Positions 5,557-5,878 of a DNA stretch of 5,878 nucleotides are shown one piece after another. This DNA is from a virus (lineage: Duplodnaviria; Heunggongvirae; Uroviricota; Caudoviricetes). Below the pieces are notes generated by a model that saw only the letters and a list, made by a program, of their open reading frames with translations, was not told where the DNA came from and searched no databases. The DNA lies in the IMG/VR virus record IMGVR_UViG_2681813274_000006; one strand, 5' to 3'. The position numbers were made by a program, and so were the translations under genes. Within the stretch, counting starts at the first letter, position 1; every line of letters begins with the position of its first letter.

Positions 5557-5878
5557 TTAAACACTCCCCACGTTGTACCATATTCCCCCAATCAATTTCT
5601 GAATTGGCCTTCTGGCAACAGTGTCGACAATATCATCCGCATTGCTGTTAATTGCGGCTGTTAAAACATAACCTGACGCATCGCCAAAGCCGTAGTCGCG
5701 CCATACGTTTTTATATTCAATGCTGCCAAGACGAATATCCCGAACGACATGATTATGCAGCCATGTGCTTAACCAGTTGTTTTCCCACACTGAACCATAA
5801 ATATCGCCACTAGACGCAACTTGCGCACCACTTCCCAGCGCAAATTGAGGTAGCCTGAGTTTAACGGACACTCCTTCC
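5557..5878 (-). CDS. Tail fibre protein, C-terminal part; 5' end lies beyond the window
   Basis: The frame is open to the window edge (the track M at 5871 is a GTG; codons continue upstream). The C-terminus ...[62 protein letters not shown] is homologous to the plus-strand cassette and tip, and is followed directly by tfa. Confidence 0.8.
   Translation of the reverse strand, partial: EGVSVKLRLPQFALGSGAQVASSGDIYGSVWENNWLSTWLHNHVVRDIRLGSIEYKNVWRDYGFGDASGYVLTAAINSNADDIVDTVARRPIQKLIGGIWYNVGSV

Larger units (their letters stand above)
3409..5878. other. Pin-type invertible tail-fibre segment (G/P-segment-like), partial; second crossover site not in window
   Basis: Architecture: invertase remnant, crossover site, fibre variable cassette plus tfa (+), terminator, tfa plus fibre variable part (-). 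This mirrors the Mu G-segment and e14 P-segment layout (established knowledge). Confidence 0.5.

Noticed and set aside
5113-5664. Track ORFs 5113-5298 (+) and 5452-5664 (+)
   Set aside because: Antisense shadows of the minus-strand tfa and fibre genes; Cys/Ser-rich products.
1-5878. CRISPR arrays, tRNA or rRNA genes, IS-element terminal inverted repeats
   Set aside because: No regularly spaced direct repeats and no cloverleaf-like or rRNA-like sequence recognised. The only repeats are the tfa-end duplication, the 56-bp tandem duplication and the hairpin family described above.

Overview
This window looks like the decayed tail-fibre/accessory end of an enterobacterial lambdoid prophage (reminiscent of E. 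coli e14/DLP12-type remnants; that comparison is from memory, not a search). Left to right: a 395-nt N-masked block; a Rha-family regulator gene (632-1189, +); a small convergent ORF (1316-1486, -); a lambda-type tail-fibre-assembly (tfa) 3' fragment (-) with an internal tandem duplication; an AT-rich cassette encoding an orphan class I SAM-dependent methyltransferase with its own promoter and terminator (2056-2724, +); a second tfa 3' fragment fused in-frame to a nonsense-interrupted N-terminal remnant of a Pin/Gin/Hin-family DNA invertase (-); a gix/pix-like crossover site (3409-3434); then a promoterless tail-fibre variable cassette plus tfa (+) convergent on a second tfa plus tail-fibre 3' end (-) that runs off the window, i.e. 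a G/P-segment-like invertible tail-fibre switch that appears locked. About 15% of the window is N-masked (135-529, 1816-1888, 2992-3002, 4472-4864) and cannot be assessed. I see no CRISPR array, tRNA or rRNA. I do not see a convincing multi-gene novel system; the best candidates for undescribed function are the methyltransferase cassette and the Rha-domain gene with its masked upstream partner.
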